The notes beneath the pieces are model-generated. The model searched no databases. It saw only the letters and a program-made list of their open reading frames with translations, and was not told where the DNA came from. A program made the translations under genes and the position numbers. 27,555 bases of DNA, from positions 1 through 27,555 of the forward strand of contig JALWGO010000233.1 of assembly GCA_027038805.1 (NCBI GenBank). The letters run 5' to 3'. This DNA is from Thermoprotei archaeon (GTDB lineage: Archaea > Thermoproteota > Thermoprotei_A > Sulfolobales > WANQ01). Positions 25,929-27,555 of this stretch are shown one piece after another; the first letter of the stretch is position 1, and every line of letters begins with the position of its first letter.

Positions 25929-26273
25929 ATGTCTCTTCTTAATTTAAACGTTAGTGATAAAACACTTGAAAAGATCGTTGAGGAGCTCTCTAAGAAGCTT
26001 GAAGTAATGCCGGGGCTCTCAACAATACTTGATGTGTATTCAATGAGAAGTTATCGTAAGCGTTTCGCAGAATTATTTGTAGAAGAACCCGTGAAAGCTT
26101 ATAAGATAATGGAAAAAGTCTTTGCAAATGATAGGGCTAGTATAAATTTTGTTCTAACGTACTTGTTGAGAACCTTTACTCGCGATGACGAGCTTATAAA
26201 TAAGGTTATAGAGGAGCTTTCGAAGGGGAATGACGAGTTACTAAGGAAAATTCTTCAAGGAGTTGCTGGCTAG
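25929..26273 (+). CDS. Small helical protein, DUF3227/NitrOD5-like KaiC-associated partner
   Basis: PGLSTIL...LFVEEPVKAYKIMEKVF pattern, 2 nt downstream of the KaiC-like gene with a ggaggtga RBS. Confidence 0.5.
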   Translation: MSLLNLNVSDKTLEKIVEELSKKLEVMPGLSTILDVYSMRSYRKRFAELFVEEPVKAYKIMEKVFANDRASINFVLTYLLRTFTRDDELINKVIEELSKGNDELLRKILQGVAG

Positions 26274-26321
26274 CTTTATTTTTCCCTAAAAACTCTTCCT
26301 TCAAGTGGTGCACGATGTCCT

Positions 26322-27215
26322 ATGAAGTTACATGCTGATTGTATTCCATGTATAGTTTATGTCAGATACAATGAGCTCGAAAACATTGTGAAAGCGGAGA
26401 AGAGTGTTGAGTACCTAGGATACGTGCTTAGAGAGTTTTCCAACTATATACTTAGTGGTGAGACTAATGTTACTCGAATTGCCACAAACCTCTTCCGACT
26501 AGTTAAAAGGCTTACTGGCCTCGAAGATCCTTACCGTGATTTTAAGCATAGAGCAAATATTGATGGATTGAAAGTATACAAGGAGGTAAGGAGGTTACTG
26601 AACACTATTGCTAACAATAGAGAGAGACTGGAGCTCGCAGTAAAGGCTAGCCTACTGGGAAATGCTCTTGATCTTGGTGTTGCAGGCTATACTCCACCCA
26701 GTCTAAGCGAGCTAGTAGAGGCTCTCCATTCATTAGATGTGAGGGGATTGGAAAATATTGACATCTTAGAGAGAGTGTATTCTAAAACCGTATTGTACTT
26801 ATTAGATAACGCGGGTGAAGCAGCTCTAGACCGTTTGCTCGCAGAGGAGCTACGTAGGCGTGGCGCAGTAGTGGTGGGTGTAGTAAAGACTGGCTCTTTT
26901 CAAAACGATGTAACAGTATATGAGGTTGAGGAACTGGAGTTAAATGAGAGTTTTAGCAAAATAATTGAAACAGGTACTGATGCCTCAAGTATATTCTTAG
27001 ATGAGATCTCACAAGAACTACGCAACCATTTAGAGAAAACAGATATCATAATTGCTAAGGGAATGGCGCATTTCGAATACCTCACAGATATAAAAGACAT
27101 TATAGGTAAACCCATACTATACATGCTGAGAGCTAAATGCAGACCCATTGCAAGAGAACTCGGAGTCCAAGTAGGAGACTTTATAACACACCTATATGTA
27201 CCGAAACGAGATTAA
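26322..27215 (+). CDS. ARMT1-like/DUF89 damage-control phosphatase
   Basis: N-terminal DCIPC, GNALD, LDNAGE, VK-G-FQNDVT and IAKGMA-FE--T...LRAKC. Confidence 0.9.
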   Translation: MKLHADCIPCIVYVRYNELENIVKAEKSVEYLGYVLREFSNYILSGETNVTRIATNLFRLVKRLTGLEDPYRDFKHRANIDGLKVYKEVRRLLNTIANNRERLELAVKASLLGNALDLGVAGYTPPSLSELVEALHSLDVRGLENIDILERVYSKTVLYLLDNAGEAALDRLLAEELRRRGAVVVGVVKTGSFQNDVTVYEVEELELNESFSKIIETGTDASSIFLDEISQELRNHLEKTDIIIAKGMAHFEYLTDIKDIIGKPILYMLRAKCRPIARELGVQVGDFITHLYVPKRD

Positions 27216-27241
27216 AAAAGAGTTAAACTAGAGAAAACTAA

Positions 27242-27555
27242 CTATCTTCTCCTCATCACAAAGTATACTGCCGCAAACAATACTATAACAGCTATTATTG
27301 GCGTTAGAATAGGCTCTGGTACTGGAGCTGTTGCAGAATTTACTACAATACCCGACTGGGTCGTCGGCCCCTCTACGAGTGTTCCACTTGAATCATATAG
27401 GTATGTTATTATGGTTAGGTTTTGTCCTACGAGATTAGTATCGTATGGTATGGTGTAGTTTGCCTCATAGTATGTATAGTATACTGGGTCAACGATCCTT
27501 ACATCACCATTAGCACTATCAAGCGTTGCAAGCCTCGTACCATTACTAGCCCATA
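27242..27555 (-). CDS. C-terminal fragment (103 aa visible) of a surface protein with a VPEP-TM-RRR sorting signal; 5' end outside the window
   Basis: Manual translation of the frame starting at 27553 gives WASNGTRL...NSATAPVPEPILTPIIAVIVLFAAVYFVMRRR*. It is absent from the ORF track. Confidence 0.85.
   Translation of the reverse strand, partial: WASNGTRLATLDSANGDVRIVDPVYYTYYEANYTIPYDTNLVGQNLTIITYLYDSSGTLVEGPTTQSGIVVNSATAPVPEPILTPIIAVIVLFAAVYFVMRRR

Noticed and set aside
1-27555. CRISPR array, IS/transposase, integrase
   Set aside because: No regularly spaced 24-40 bp direct repeats and no ORF with transposase or recombinase motifs were seen.

Overview
Archaeal chromosomal DNA, most likely from a (hyper)thermophilic Thermoprotei/Desulfurococcales-type organism. 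This is inferred from gene content, GGTG/GGAG ribosome-binding sites, frequent GTG/TTG starts, TATA promoters and a C/D-box sRNA candidate. It is gene-dense, with 25 supportable CDS. They include an MFS-fold membrane protein, a MinD/ParA ATPase and a wHTH protein, a nucleotide-sugar dehydrogenase, TldD/TldE and a DUF2226-like protein. There is also MoxR with DUF58-like and transglutaminase partners, a 1042-aa surface clostripain, thiI, citG-like, corA, a NUDIX hydrolase, a degenerate HEPN, a KaiC-like ATPase with a small partner, an ARMT1-like phosphatase and a truncated VPEP-CTERM-type surface protein. The most unusual part is the non-coding first ~690 nt. It holds a ~400-nt rod-like fold-back closed by a perfect 85-bp inverted repeat and a run of short palindromes with 6-nt loops. 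It then has a ~220-nt three-way-junction structure rich in G:U pairs on the + strand, ending in a T-tract. No CRISPR array, tRNA, rRNA or transposase was seen. All family calls come from motif recognition by eye, not database searches.
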